A DNA stretch of 20,803 bases, from positions 1-20,803 of IMG/VR virus record IMGVR_UViG_2579778622_000006, one strand, 5' to 3'. How positions within the stretch are numbered: position 1 is the first letter of the stretch; each line of letters begins with the position of its first letter. Position numbers and translations under genes: made by a program. The DNA comes from a virus. Lineage: Duplodnaviria > Heunggongvirae > Uroviricota > Caudoviricetes. The notes under the pieces were generated by a model. That model was not told the DNA's origin, made no database searches, and saw nothing but the letters and a program-made list of their open reading frames with translations. This document shows positions 7,619 through 14,411 of this stretch, in pieces.

Positions 7619-7897
7619 TGAAATCTGGAGGCCAATACCATCACGCAGCCATCAGGAGATTGCTGACGCGCTTCCTGTTCGCTGGTGGCCTCGATGGTAA
7701 TCACGCGCGGTTGTGCAGTGCTCAGGGCGATAAAACGCCACACAAAGGCCGTTTGTGTGTGCGCCAGGCGTGGGGTATGCTGTCTTACAGCCATAAAACT
7801 ACCTCTCATAACGGTTTGTGGTTAGAAGCCCCGTTACTGCTCCAACAGTGCGGGGCTTCGTCGTTTCAATTGCTGAATTGCATGTATCAGCCCTTGT

Positions 7898-7951
7898 GGT
7901 ATTCAGATTACGTTTTGGTGAATAACATTTCAAGTCTTTTTTGGTATTCAC
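7898..7951 (+). promoter_or_regulatory. candidate operator repeats upstream of the RHH gene
   Basis: TGGTATTCA at 7898-7906 and 7942-7950, with an inverted partner GGTGAATAA at 7916-7924 (TATTCA-N12-TGAATA dyad), in the AT-rich region upstream of the 7995 start. Confidence 0.35.
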
Positions 7952-7994
7952 TTTTGTATTACACTGCATCACGTTATTAATCGGAGGTGCAAAC

Positions 7995-8300
7995 ATGTCC
8001 ACGAGTTCTGTTAACAATAAGTCACAGCAACTGAATGCCAGATTTCCACATGAAGTAGTGAGTGGCATTGAGGCATCCCTACAGCCGGGGGAAACTAAAG
8101 CGAATTTTATAGTTACGGCTGTACGCGGAGAGATCGCCCGCCGCCAGGCAGAAGGAAGAGGAGAAAATCCCCTAGTTTCTTCGCTCGATGCACTGGCGCA
8201 GGTGGAAAAAATCGGTGTCAAAGCTGCCGAGGAGATCGGGCAACTCGTCGCCGTTGCGCGTGAAGAACTCCAGCGGCGCAAAGCCAAAGAGCAGGAATAG
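7995..8300 (+). CDS. ribbon-helix-helix-like DNA-binding protein with coiled-coil C-terminus
   Basis: 101 aa from the ATG at 7995 (GGAGGTG RBS). N-terminal beta-strand/helix pattern (LNARFPHEVVSGIEAS...KANFIVTAVRGEIARR) typical of RHH/Arc-type regulators; followed by a terminator. Confidence 0.6.
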   Translation: MSTSSVNNKSQQLNARFPHEVVSGIEASLQPGETKANFIVTAVRGEIARRQAEGRGENPLVSSLDALAQVEKIGVKAAEEIGQLVAVAREELQRRKAKEQE

Positions 8301-8331
8301 CCCACCAGCAAGCCACCACACTGATCACATT

Positions 8332-8360
8332 GGCCACCGTGACAGGTGGCCTTTGTTTTG
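8332..8360 (+). terminator. rho-independent terminator after the RHH gene
   Basis: GGCCACC-gtgaca-GGTGGCC followed by TTTGTTTTG. Confidence 0.6.
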
Positions 8361-8454
8361 CCTGTTATCCGGCAATTGTGGAGCTTCGTCACACGGTTGA
8401 TATAATTCCCCTGCTCAGATTCATTTTTTGCGCGGCAGGTAAATTGTTCAGAAA

Positions 8455-8482
8455 GGCGGCTCCTTATCGGGGCCGCTTTTTT
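8455..8482. terminator. second hairpin with T-tract between the convergent RHH and alpA genes
   Basis: GCGGC-tccttatcgg-GCCGC followed by TTTTTT (8477-8482) on plus; possibly bidirectional. Confidence 0.4.
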
Positions 8483-8508
8483 CGTGTTTGTCATATCTGT
8501 GATACCCG

Positions 8509-8715
8509 TTAAGCAGCCGTTCCGCGTGCTTCCTGTTCGCGTTCTTTCTGCCAGGCCAACACATCATCCTCATACCATCCGCGACGGCGTAAACCAACGC
8601 GAAAACCCTGCGGAAATTCTCCGGCGTTGATCATGCTTTGCAGCGTGCTGTCTGCCTTGATGTGGATAATTTTTTTTACTTCCTGGCGAAAGATAATTTT
8701 TCTGATTGCTTCCAT
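8509..8715 (-). CDS. alpA: AlpA-family phage transcriptional regulator / excisionase-like HTH protein
   Basis: 68 aa; pattern IIFRQEVKK...GEFPQGFRVGLRRRGWYEDDVLAW matches the AlpA/Vis HTH_17 architecture. Confidence 0.8.
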   Translation of the reverse strand: MEAIRKIIFRQEVKKIIHIKADSTLQSMINAGEFPQGFRVGLRRRGWYEDDVLAWQKEREQEARGTAA

Positions 8716-8848
8716 CGTGATTTACCTTGTGAATCCGGTGTATTCCGGTGACAAATACGGTAAATCATCGGATATGGGTAAAAACAGTTCCCACCGTTTT
8801 TAAACGGTATACACCGTTTTTTATATTGATGATTTGAAATGGAATTAT

Positions 8849-8872
8849 AAAAAAAGCGGCATTTCTGCCGCT
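8849..8872 (-). terminator. rho-independent terminator after the orf83/int transcript
   Basis: AGCGGCA-gaaa-TGCCGCT on minus followed by TTTTTTT (plus 8849-8855 is an A-run); 10 nt past the stop at 8883. Confidence 0.55.
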
Positions 8873-8882
8873 TCCAGGATTG

Positions 8883-9134
8883 TTACCGCCATTTTTTGGG
8901 CCTGCCTCCGATCTTCATAGATGCCGGACGTACGACCTTATCAATACTTACCGCCAGATTTCTGGAAGCGCCACGGGATACCAGAAAATCTACTACCTGT
9001 TTTTTTGATGGGGCCGTCGTCCTGTCCTCCGGATCGTAGGTTGACCAAAATTCATGCTGAACCATCAGGGCCAGTTGCAGCCCGTCGCAATTGCATCTGA
9101 TATTTTTTTGCATCTTAACGGTTTCATGTTTCAC
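8883..9134 (-). CDS. hypothetical protein between int and alpA
   Basis: 83-aa ORF (GTG at 9134 or ATG at 9113) with a terminator directly downstream. Start uncertain. Confidence 0.45.
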   Translation of the reverse strand: MKHETVKMQKNIRCNCDGLQLALMVQHEFWSTYDPEDRTTAPSKKQVVDFLVSRGASRNLAVSIDKVVRPASMKIGGRPKKWR

Positions 9135-9211
9135 GGCCTTGTCGTTAAATTTGATGCAATTATACGACGGTTTTACATGGTTTTCGTAGTTTTTACTGGT
9201 TTTCTGTACAG

Positions 9212-10453
9212 CTACACGGCTCGGATACCCCTTTTACCACTGGCGAGGGTTACGCCCGTCGCCGCAGCCTCGACAAATTCGCCCCACCAGCGCATCAGCA
9301 CGATGCGTTTTTCTATGTAGTTGCTCCGGTTGTATGCCCGTCTAACTTCGTTGGTGTCGACGTGGGCAAGTGCCGCCTCTATTACGTCCGGCTCGAATCC
9401 TTCCTCGTTCGCTGCTGTGCTGAATATGGCGCGTAATCCATGAGACACCAGCACGCCAGCGAATCCCATACGCCGCAATGCTGCGTTAGCTGTCTGGCTG
9501 TTCATCGGCTGCTGTGGGTCTTTCAGACTTGGGAAAACGTAATTGCGGTGGTGGCTGATTGGTTTCATGGCCTCCAGCACCGCCATAGCCTGACCGGAAA
9601 GCGGGATAACGTGATCCCTGCGCATCTTCATGCGTCCGGCAGGTATCGTCCATTGCTTCGCGTCCAGGTTGATTTCATCCCACCGCGTTGATGACGCTTC
9701 GGCGGGACGGGTTACGGTCAGTAACTGCCATTCAATCAGTAATCTGGTCTGCCGTTCTGTTGCCGATACTGATAAAGCCTGCATAAGCTCGGGCAGCTGT
9801 TCGGGGCGGATTGTTGGCATATGTTTTTTTACAGGTGAGGGAAACGCCTTACGCACATTCATAGCCGGATTGGCATCAATCAGCCCACTGTTGGCGGCGT
9901 AATCCATTACCTCATTAACGCGCTGTAAAACCCGCTTGAGTGTTTCCAGGTTGCCGCGCTCCTTGATGGGGGTAAGCACTTCAACGAACCTTCGGGCGGT
10001 GAGGGTATCTATTGGCGTGTTGCCGATGAACGGGAATACATATTTATCCAGCGAACGCCAGATGTCTTTAATCGTGTTGGGGGCCAGATTCTGGCTGATT
10101 TTCACCTGGTACCATGCCGCCGCCACATTTTCGAACGTGTTCCCTTGTCTTCGGGCCTCTGTCTCTCTTTTTTGCCTCTCGTGGTCCTGCGGGTCAGTTC
10201 CGGCACTGATTAACGTCCTGTACTCGCTACGGCGTTTTCTGGCATCAGCCAGGGAAACATCTTCAAGCGATCCAAAACTCAGCAATATTCTTTTTTTGTC
10301 CGATGGTCGGTAGTAGGAAAATCTCCAGAGTTTTGATCCAGACGGTTTGACCAGGAGAAAAAGCCCTCCGCCGTCCTGCAGGGTGTACTCCTTTTGCGCT
10401 GGTCTGGCTGCTTTGATCTGCACTGTGGTTAATGGGTGTGTTTTTCTCGCCAT
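9212..10453 (-). CDS. int: tyrosine recombinase, P4-type integrase
   Basis: N-terminal arm-binding-like domain (LTTVQIKAARPAQKEYTLQDGGGLFLLVKPSGSKLWRFSYY), catalytic C-terminus with R...HGLR and terminal RAYNRSNY (Tyr). Adjacent to the tRNA 3' remnant. ATG at 10453 preferred over the GTG at 10471. Confidence 0.9.
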   Translation of the reverse strand: MARKTHPLTTVQIKAARPAQKEYTLQDGGGLFLLVKPSGSKLWRFSYYRPSDKKRILLSFGSLEDVSLADARKRRSEYRTLISAGTDPQDHERQKRETEARRQGNTFENVAAAWYQVKISQNLAPNTIKDIWRSLDKYVFPFIGNTPIDTLTARRFVEVLTPIKERGNLETLKRVLQRVNEVMDYAANSGLIDANPAMNVRKAFPSPVKKHMPTIRPEQLPELMQALSVSATERQTRLLIEWQLLTVTRPAEASSTRWDEINLDAKQWTIPAGRMKMRRDHVIPLSGQAMAVLEAMKPISHHRNYVFPSLKDPQQPMNSQTANAALRRMGFAGVLVSHGLRAIFSTAANEEGFEPDVIEAALAHVDTNEVRRAYNRSNYIEKRIVLMRWWGEFVEAAATGVTLASGKRGIRAV

Positions 10454-10485
10454 ATGTCTATGATTCCACACGAAAAAACAGGGTT

Positions 10486-10539
10486 TTAGTTATACGGCTT
10501 TAGTTATACGTCAGCCCGTATAACTAAACGTATAACTAA
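10486..10539. repeat. integrase arm-type site candidates: four 11-mers TTAGTTATACG (two direct, two inverted)
   Basis: Direct copies at 10486-10496 and 10500-10510; inverted copies CGTATAACTAA at 10517-10527 and 10529-10539; between the int start and the att core. Confidence 0.5.
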
Positions 10540-10590
10540 AAAATCCGGCTGATAGCTTATAAATCCGGTGATGTTCGGTGACTAAAAAAC

Positions 10591-10625
10591 ATAAAAAAAC
10601 CCGCCAATCAAGTGATTAGCGGGTT
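10591..10625 (-). terminator. hairpin with U-tract downstream of the tRNA 3' remnant (weak terminator)
   Basis: AACCCGC/GCGGGTT stem with a 14-nt loop; the A-run at 10593-10599 on plus gives a U-tract on minus. Confidence 0.35.
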
Positions 10626-10636
10626 ATCCCTGTCTT

Positions 10637-10664
10637 ATCCGGTGCTTTCCGGTGATATCCGGTG
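10637..10664. repeat. three tandem (A/T)TCCGGTG heptamer-core repeats at 10-bp period next to the att core
   Basis: ATCCGGTG (10637-10644), TTCCGGTG (10647-10654), ATCCGGTG (10657-10664). Related copies at 10564-10580 and at 8731-8750 in the alpA promoter region. Confidence 0.45.
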
Positions 10665-10671
10665 GGCGATT

Positions 10672-10720
10672 TGGTCGGCACGAGAGGATTTGAACCTCCG
10701 ACCCCCGACACCCCATGACG
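10672..10720 (-). other. tRNA-Pro (GGG-type) 3'-end fragment, 49 nt, not an intact gene; integration (att) junction
   Basis: Minus-strand read CGTCATGGGGTGTCGGGGGTCGGAGGTTCAAATCCTCTCGTGCCGACCA equals the anticodon-loop-to-CCA portion of E. coli tRNA-Pro as recalled; the sequence 5' of it cannot form the acceptor or D arm. Confidence 0.65.
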
Positions 10721-10912
10721 CCGCTTGTAAAACGCTGAGAGCCGCGCTATTGCTGGTTAGAAGTACCATTTGCATGTATAAACAAACAGTGCTTTTTCGA
10801 CATAATCTGCTCTATATACTTCAATGGCTTACATGGTGGTTTCTCCCCATGTTTGAATAGTTTCGAAGAGTTGTGTGACATAATGCCAGAATAAACTACT
10901 AGAGGCTGGATA

Positions 10913-11764
10913 ATGAAAAAAAGAACTAAAAAAGGCAGTAACATTCGTTTCCGAGAACACACTGAGGTTGAGAGGTCTTACATTAGCCTTTATAAGATCT
11001 TCTGCCGCGCTTGTGAAATTTCCGCGGCCATATCACTGAATCAAAGCGGAATTAAGACTGACGGCAGGGGAATACGGGCTGCAAATATTTTCACTCGTCA
11101 AGTGTTGACTGCGCATAGTCTTAAGAAACTACTACCAGTACTGCGAAACGGAGTTAATCCCGATGATACAGTATGGGATGTAACCACTATCGCACTTGTG
11201 TCCAGAAGTGTGATGGAAAATTTTCAGGCGCTTTTTTATTACGGAACGGAAACGGTCTCGGAAGCGGAGGCTGACTTTCGTTTTCGAATTTTCCAGAAAG
11301 ACAGAAATGTTAAATGGCGTGATATCAGACTGAAGGCTGGTGAATCTGAAGAATCACTGGAGGAGTTTTTCACCGGCATACCAAAGCAGCAGGAGGAGAT
11401 AGTGAACCATGAATTCTATAGTTCACTATCTAAAGAACAAAAGAATAGTCTCAAAAACAGGGCCGAAATGTATTATACCAAAGCTGAGTTCGAAGCTCGC
11501 TGCCCGCGGTTAGCCGACATTGCACTACATCACCAGTTACTATCAAATCTGGCTCATCCATTGCCACTGGCTATCCACAGGATTGATGAATTTAGCGGTC
11601 ATGGTGCACCCAGTGAAGCTGACATCTGCTTAGTCATAATATCCCTGAAGGTTGCTACAGACTGCCTAATTGCGTCAGTTGAGGGGATGGGCGAAAAATT
11701 TGCCGATAGTATCGGTATACATTATCGGTCAATGATTGAAGAACTCTCCAATTACTCACTTTGA
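10913..11764 (+). CDS. hypothetical protein, AT-rich cargo gene (candidate accessory or defence function)
   Basis: 283-aa ORF, the only plus-strand gene between the att remnant and the lambdoid int; visibly lower GC than its flanks; convergent terminator hairpin downstream; R-x6-H motif (RLADIALH) in the C-terminal third. Confidence 0.6.
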   Translation: MKKRTKKGSNIRFREHTEVERSYISLYKIFCRACEISAAISLNQSGIKTDGRGIRAANIFTRQVLTAHSLKKLLPVLRNGVNPDDTVWDVTTIALVSRSVMENFQALFYYGTETVSEAEADFRFRIFQKDRNVKWRDIRLKAGESEESLEEFFTGIPKQQEEIVNHEFYSSLSKEQKNSLKNRAEMYYTKAEFEARCPRLADIALHHQLLSNLAHPLPLAIHRIDEFSGHGAPSEADICLVIISLKVATDCLIASVEGMGEKFADSIGIHYRSMIEELSNYSL

Positions 11765-11792
11765 AATTAATACATTCCTCAACTTCCAACAC

Positions 11793-11821
11793 AGAGCAAC
11801 CCGTCCAATTTGGTTTGCTCT
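11793..11821. terminator. hairpin between the convergent 283-aa gene and int
   Basis: AGAGCAA...TTGCTCT stem (with extension) followed by GCTTTATAC. Confidence 0.4.
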
Positions 11822-11857
11822 GCTTTATACTAAAGCAATAAAGGGAGTAATTTATTA

Positions 11858-13036
11858 TTAGCTGGCTTTAATTTCTCCATGGGGAACGACAACCCAATCT
11901 ATATGATTTTGCGTGTAGATCTTGGTTGACTTCGCATCGCTGTGCGCCATTCGTCCTTGTGGATCGATACCCTGCTGATCGAATAGATGCGCTGCTAGTG
12001 CTCGAATTTCGTGAAAGGTTGGTCTTTCATCCATTGGTAGATTGTCGCATAAACCTAGTTTGTCCCGTGTAGCTGAAAACGACCTACTCAAATAGTCCGG
12101 TGCAACTTGAGTAGGATGTGAAACCTCTTTGCTGCGTTTAACTTGGCGTTCTGGGATCCTGTGAACGACAAACGGACTGGCCACATTATCTCGGCTATCG
12201 TCAATTATCCGTTTCAACTCTTCACCAATTGGTATTGCAACGTGTGACGCCTCTTTTTGTTGCACTTTTTGCCTGTGGATGTAAAGCGTCCCATATATGC
12301 CATTTTGTGGTTGTTCGAACCAGACACATCCACATATACCGTCTTTAGGTTCGCGAATTGAGTAACGGATTCGCGATACTTCGAGTCGTGCATGTGTAGT
12401 CTGCAATGCTAGGTCCATTGCTGTTCTTAACCATGGTGCAGCGGCCTGCCTGATAGCTATAAAATGCTCGAGTGACAGGCGCCGTCTTTTCTTCTCATCA
12501 GTCCTACGCATTTTTTTTCTGATGGCCGGGTTATCCAGCATTAGTGATTCATCGACCGCATAAGAGAACAACTTTTTAAGAAAGCTGACCTTTCTGTTCT
12601 GCACATTTGCGGATGCGCTGGCATGATATTTGTTGATGTAGGTATTAACGTGTTCAAGTTCGATATCGCATGCCGGAACATTTACGAAAAACGCTTTTAC
12701 GCGTAGAGCGTCATTTTTCCAGTCATCTAAGGTGCTCTGGGAAGGACGTTCGTCTTCGATAATTCGGGCCATTATGTGATCAACATGTTCAGCAAATGGT
12801 TTTGCTTCTCCGATAACACCGCCAGATTCTCTAATAAGATTATCTACTGATGGAGATAATTCTGGTCGCATCCTCAGGTTGTACTCTCTGGCGATTGCAA
12901 TGGCTATTGCCCTATCCTTACCTATATTTTTCTTCTTTCCGGTAATAAGTGTGAATTTATAAACACCTCGATCTTTATCAAAAATCAGATAATCAGGAAG
13001 ATGTCTGTATTCTTTTTTACGTGGCCTTGCCGCCAT
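11858..13036 (-). CDS. int: tyrosine integrase, lambda Int family
   Basis: Aligns to recalled lambda Int in several blocks (LSLEHFIAIRQAA..WLRTAMDLA vs LTADEYLKIYQAA..WLRLAMELA; RPTFHEIRALAAHLF vs PPTFHELRSLSARLY). ATG at 13036 with GAGGGGTGA RBS; the ORF-track start at 13042 is a GTG. Confidence 0.9.
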   Translation of the reverse strand: MAARPRKKEYRHLPDYLIFDKDRGVYKFTLITGKKKNIGKDRAIAIAIAREYNLRMRPELSPSVDNLIRESGGVIGEAKPFAEHVDHIMARIIEDERPSQSTLDDWKNDALRVKAFFVNVPACDIELEHVNTYINKYHASASANVQNRKVSFLKKLFSYAVDESLMLDNPAIRKKMRRTDEKKRRRLSLEHFIAIRQAAAPWLRTAMDLALQTTHARLEVSRIRYSIREPKDGICGCVWFEQPQNGIYGTLYIHRQKVQQKEASHVAIPIGEELKRIIDDSRDNVASPFVVHRIPERQVKRSKEVSHPTQVAPDYLSRSFSATRDKLGLCDNLPMDERPTFHEIRALAAHLFDQQGIDPQGRMAHSDAKSTKIYTQNHIDWVVVPHGEIKAS

Positions 13037-13038
13037 GG

Positions 13039-13248
13039 TCACCCCTCATTTATTAACTTGCGAACAGCTTGACTAACCATTGAGTCGACTCCCCATTTTT
13101 CTGTTTCGCAGACAAAAACAGAACCGTCCACGATACGCCCCATGAGCAGACCGTTCTCGACCCAGCGTTTTATCGTTCGGTTGTCAGGAATTGAGCCATT
13201 AGAGAATTCACGGCGTCCCCATTGGCTCGCTTTCATTAGTTTTGCCAT
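13039..13248 (-). CDS. xis: excisionase (Xis-like)
   Basis: 69 aa from the ATG at 13248 (GGAGAAA RBS). Pattern ASQWGRREF...RTIKRWVENGLL...DGSVFV resembles lambda Xis (LQEWNARQ...ETVRRWVRE). Lies immediately upstream of int. Confidence 0.7.
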   Translation of the reverse strand: MAKLMKASQWGRREFSNGSIPDNRTIKRWVENGLLMGRIVDGSVFVCETEKWGVDSMVSQAVRKLINEG

Positions 13249-13309
13249 GGCTGTTTCTCCACTTAACCCGCTGCACACGGGCAGTAATATCAAATTTCAG
13301 TCCTGATAA

Positions 13310-13525
13310 TTAATTTTGTTCTATGGTTGCTACCTGTTTAATTGGCCTGATGCTGTCCAGGAGCAGTCGGCGGCGCGTATTTTCTGCAAAGTGGCGGCGT
13401 CCGGTTTCTTTGTGGTAAAACTCGTTTTTTCCGACGACCCACATCCGCTTTGTCTGGTGCAGTTTTTTTACCTGCGGACCGTTTCGGGTAATAACAATTC
13501 CTGTATGAGTTTTTATCACGCTCAT
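13310..13525 (-). CDS. hypothetical protein
   Basis: 71-aa ORF with GGAGAA RBS; start overlaps the upstream stop (ATGA). Confidence 0.5.
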   Translation of the reverse strand: MSVIKTHTGIVITRNGPQVKKLHQTKRMWVVGKNEFYHKETGRRHFAENTRRRLLLDSIRPIKQVATIEQN

Positions 13526-13884
13526 TTCTTATTCTCCGGTGCTTTCGGCATTACTGCCCAGTGAGTGATATTGACGTTTTCAAGGTCCCCGACCTGAAAT
13601 GTCCACTGCCATTCTCCGGTTTCTTTTTGCCCCCATGTGTACCAGAGAGAACGCCAGCCAATCAGCCAGCCTTCTCCGTTAGCATCAAATAACAGAACAC
13701 TTTCATTTGCTGGTGGCAGTTCAGCTGACACTGGTATTACTTTGTTTTCCAGTGCTGCACATTTAGCTTCAAGCGCATCTAATTTACGCACCAGGTATTC
13801 AGCATCCGTTTCATTCACTTTCAGGTCTCGTGGTACACATCTCCCGCGAAGAAACCCTTCCATTTCGAAAACATTCATGCGCAT
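13522..13884 (-). CDS. hypothetical prophage protein (Trp-rich C-terminal domain)
   Basis: 120-aa ORF, GGAG RBS 8 nt upstream of the ATG; coiled-coil N-terminus and Trp-rich C-terminus. Confidence 0.5.
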   Translation of the reverse strand: MRMNVFEMEGFLRGRCVPRDLKVNETDAEYLVRKLDALEAKCAALENKVIPVSAELPPANESVLLFDANGEGWLIGWRSLWYTWGQKETGEWQWTFQVGDLENVNITHWAVMPKAPENKK

Positions 13885-14411
13885 TTGCGTAACTCCGATA
13901 ACTCGTGAAAGCGTTCCATAAACATCCCGTAGGCATGGCCCGGTGGCATTGGAATCACGTTGAACATCTCTGTTGCCGGGATGCCTTCCAGTACAGGCCA
14001 GAAAGAGCCATCATCAAGCCCGAGATCGCGGCGTTCGGTTGCCAGCATAATGAGATCGGCATATTTCACTGGCGTGCTCATAACAGGAGGTAACCCGTAT
14101 TTCTCACGGATTACGGCGTCTATTTTTTCTTCCATCCGTTTATAGTCAGGAAGAAGGCGTTTCAGTGGAGCGGGGATGTCCTGGCAATACGCTTCTGTTG
14201 CATCATGCATTAACGCTTCAAAAGCAAATTCCTGCGGTACCAGCTGGCTGCAAAGAACCGCATGTTGGGCGACGCTGTAGAAGTGTGAAAGATGTCCTGC
14301 AAAGCGACAGATATTTGAAAGGGAAACCGCGATATCGTTAATATCGATGTTGTCTTTATTTATCCGGTCATAATAAAAATGCTTCCCGGAAAAAGTTTTA
14401 ATAAATGACAT
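13875..14411 (-). CDS. HD-domain metal-dependent phosphohydrolase
   Basis: 178 aa from the ATG at 14411 (GGAG RBS); H...HD signature (VAQHAV ... ALMHDATEAY). Confidence 0.7.
   Translation of the reverse strand: MSFIKTFSGKHFYYDRINKDNIDINDIAVSLSNICRFAGHLSHFYSVAQHAVLCSQLVPQEFAFEALMHDATEAYCQDIPAPLKRLLPDYKRMEEKIDAVIREKYGLPPVMSTPVKYADLIMLATERRDLGLDDGSFWPVLEGIPATEMFNVIPMPPGHAYGMFMERFHELSELRKCA

Larger units (their letters stand above)
258..10720 (-). mobile_element. P4/PICI-like phage satellite (cos-packaged), left boundary not defined within window
   Basis: P4-type int adjacent to tRNA 3' remnant, alpA, replication helicase with iteron ori, cos site, no complete virion gene set; co-oriented operons with terminators. 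Confidence 0.6.

Noticed and set aside
6568-7809. 413-aa minus-strand ORF as a single protein
   Set aside because: Only the C-terminal 95 aa (and possibly the first 60 aa) look protein-like; the central 250 aa are low-complexity and overlap plus-strand ORFs with good RBSs. Kept as a coding-strand ambiguity in findings rather than called as one gene.
7799-8494. 231-aa minus-strand ORF
   Set aside because: Cys/Ser/Thr-rich junk composition; antisense to the RHH gene and spanning two terminators.
9054-10313. Plus-strand ORFs (83-125 aa) inside the P4-type integrase gene
   Set aside because: Antisense artefacts of a high-confidence integrase CDS.
10672-10760. Intact tRNA-Pro gene
   Set aside because: Only the 3' 49 nt match tRNA-Pro; the sequence 5' of it cannot form an acceptor stem or D arm, so this is an att-site remnant.
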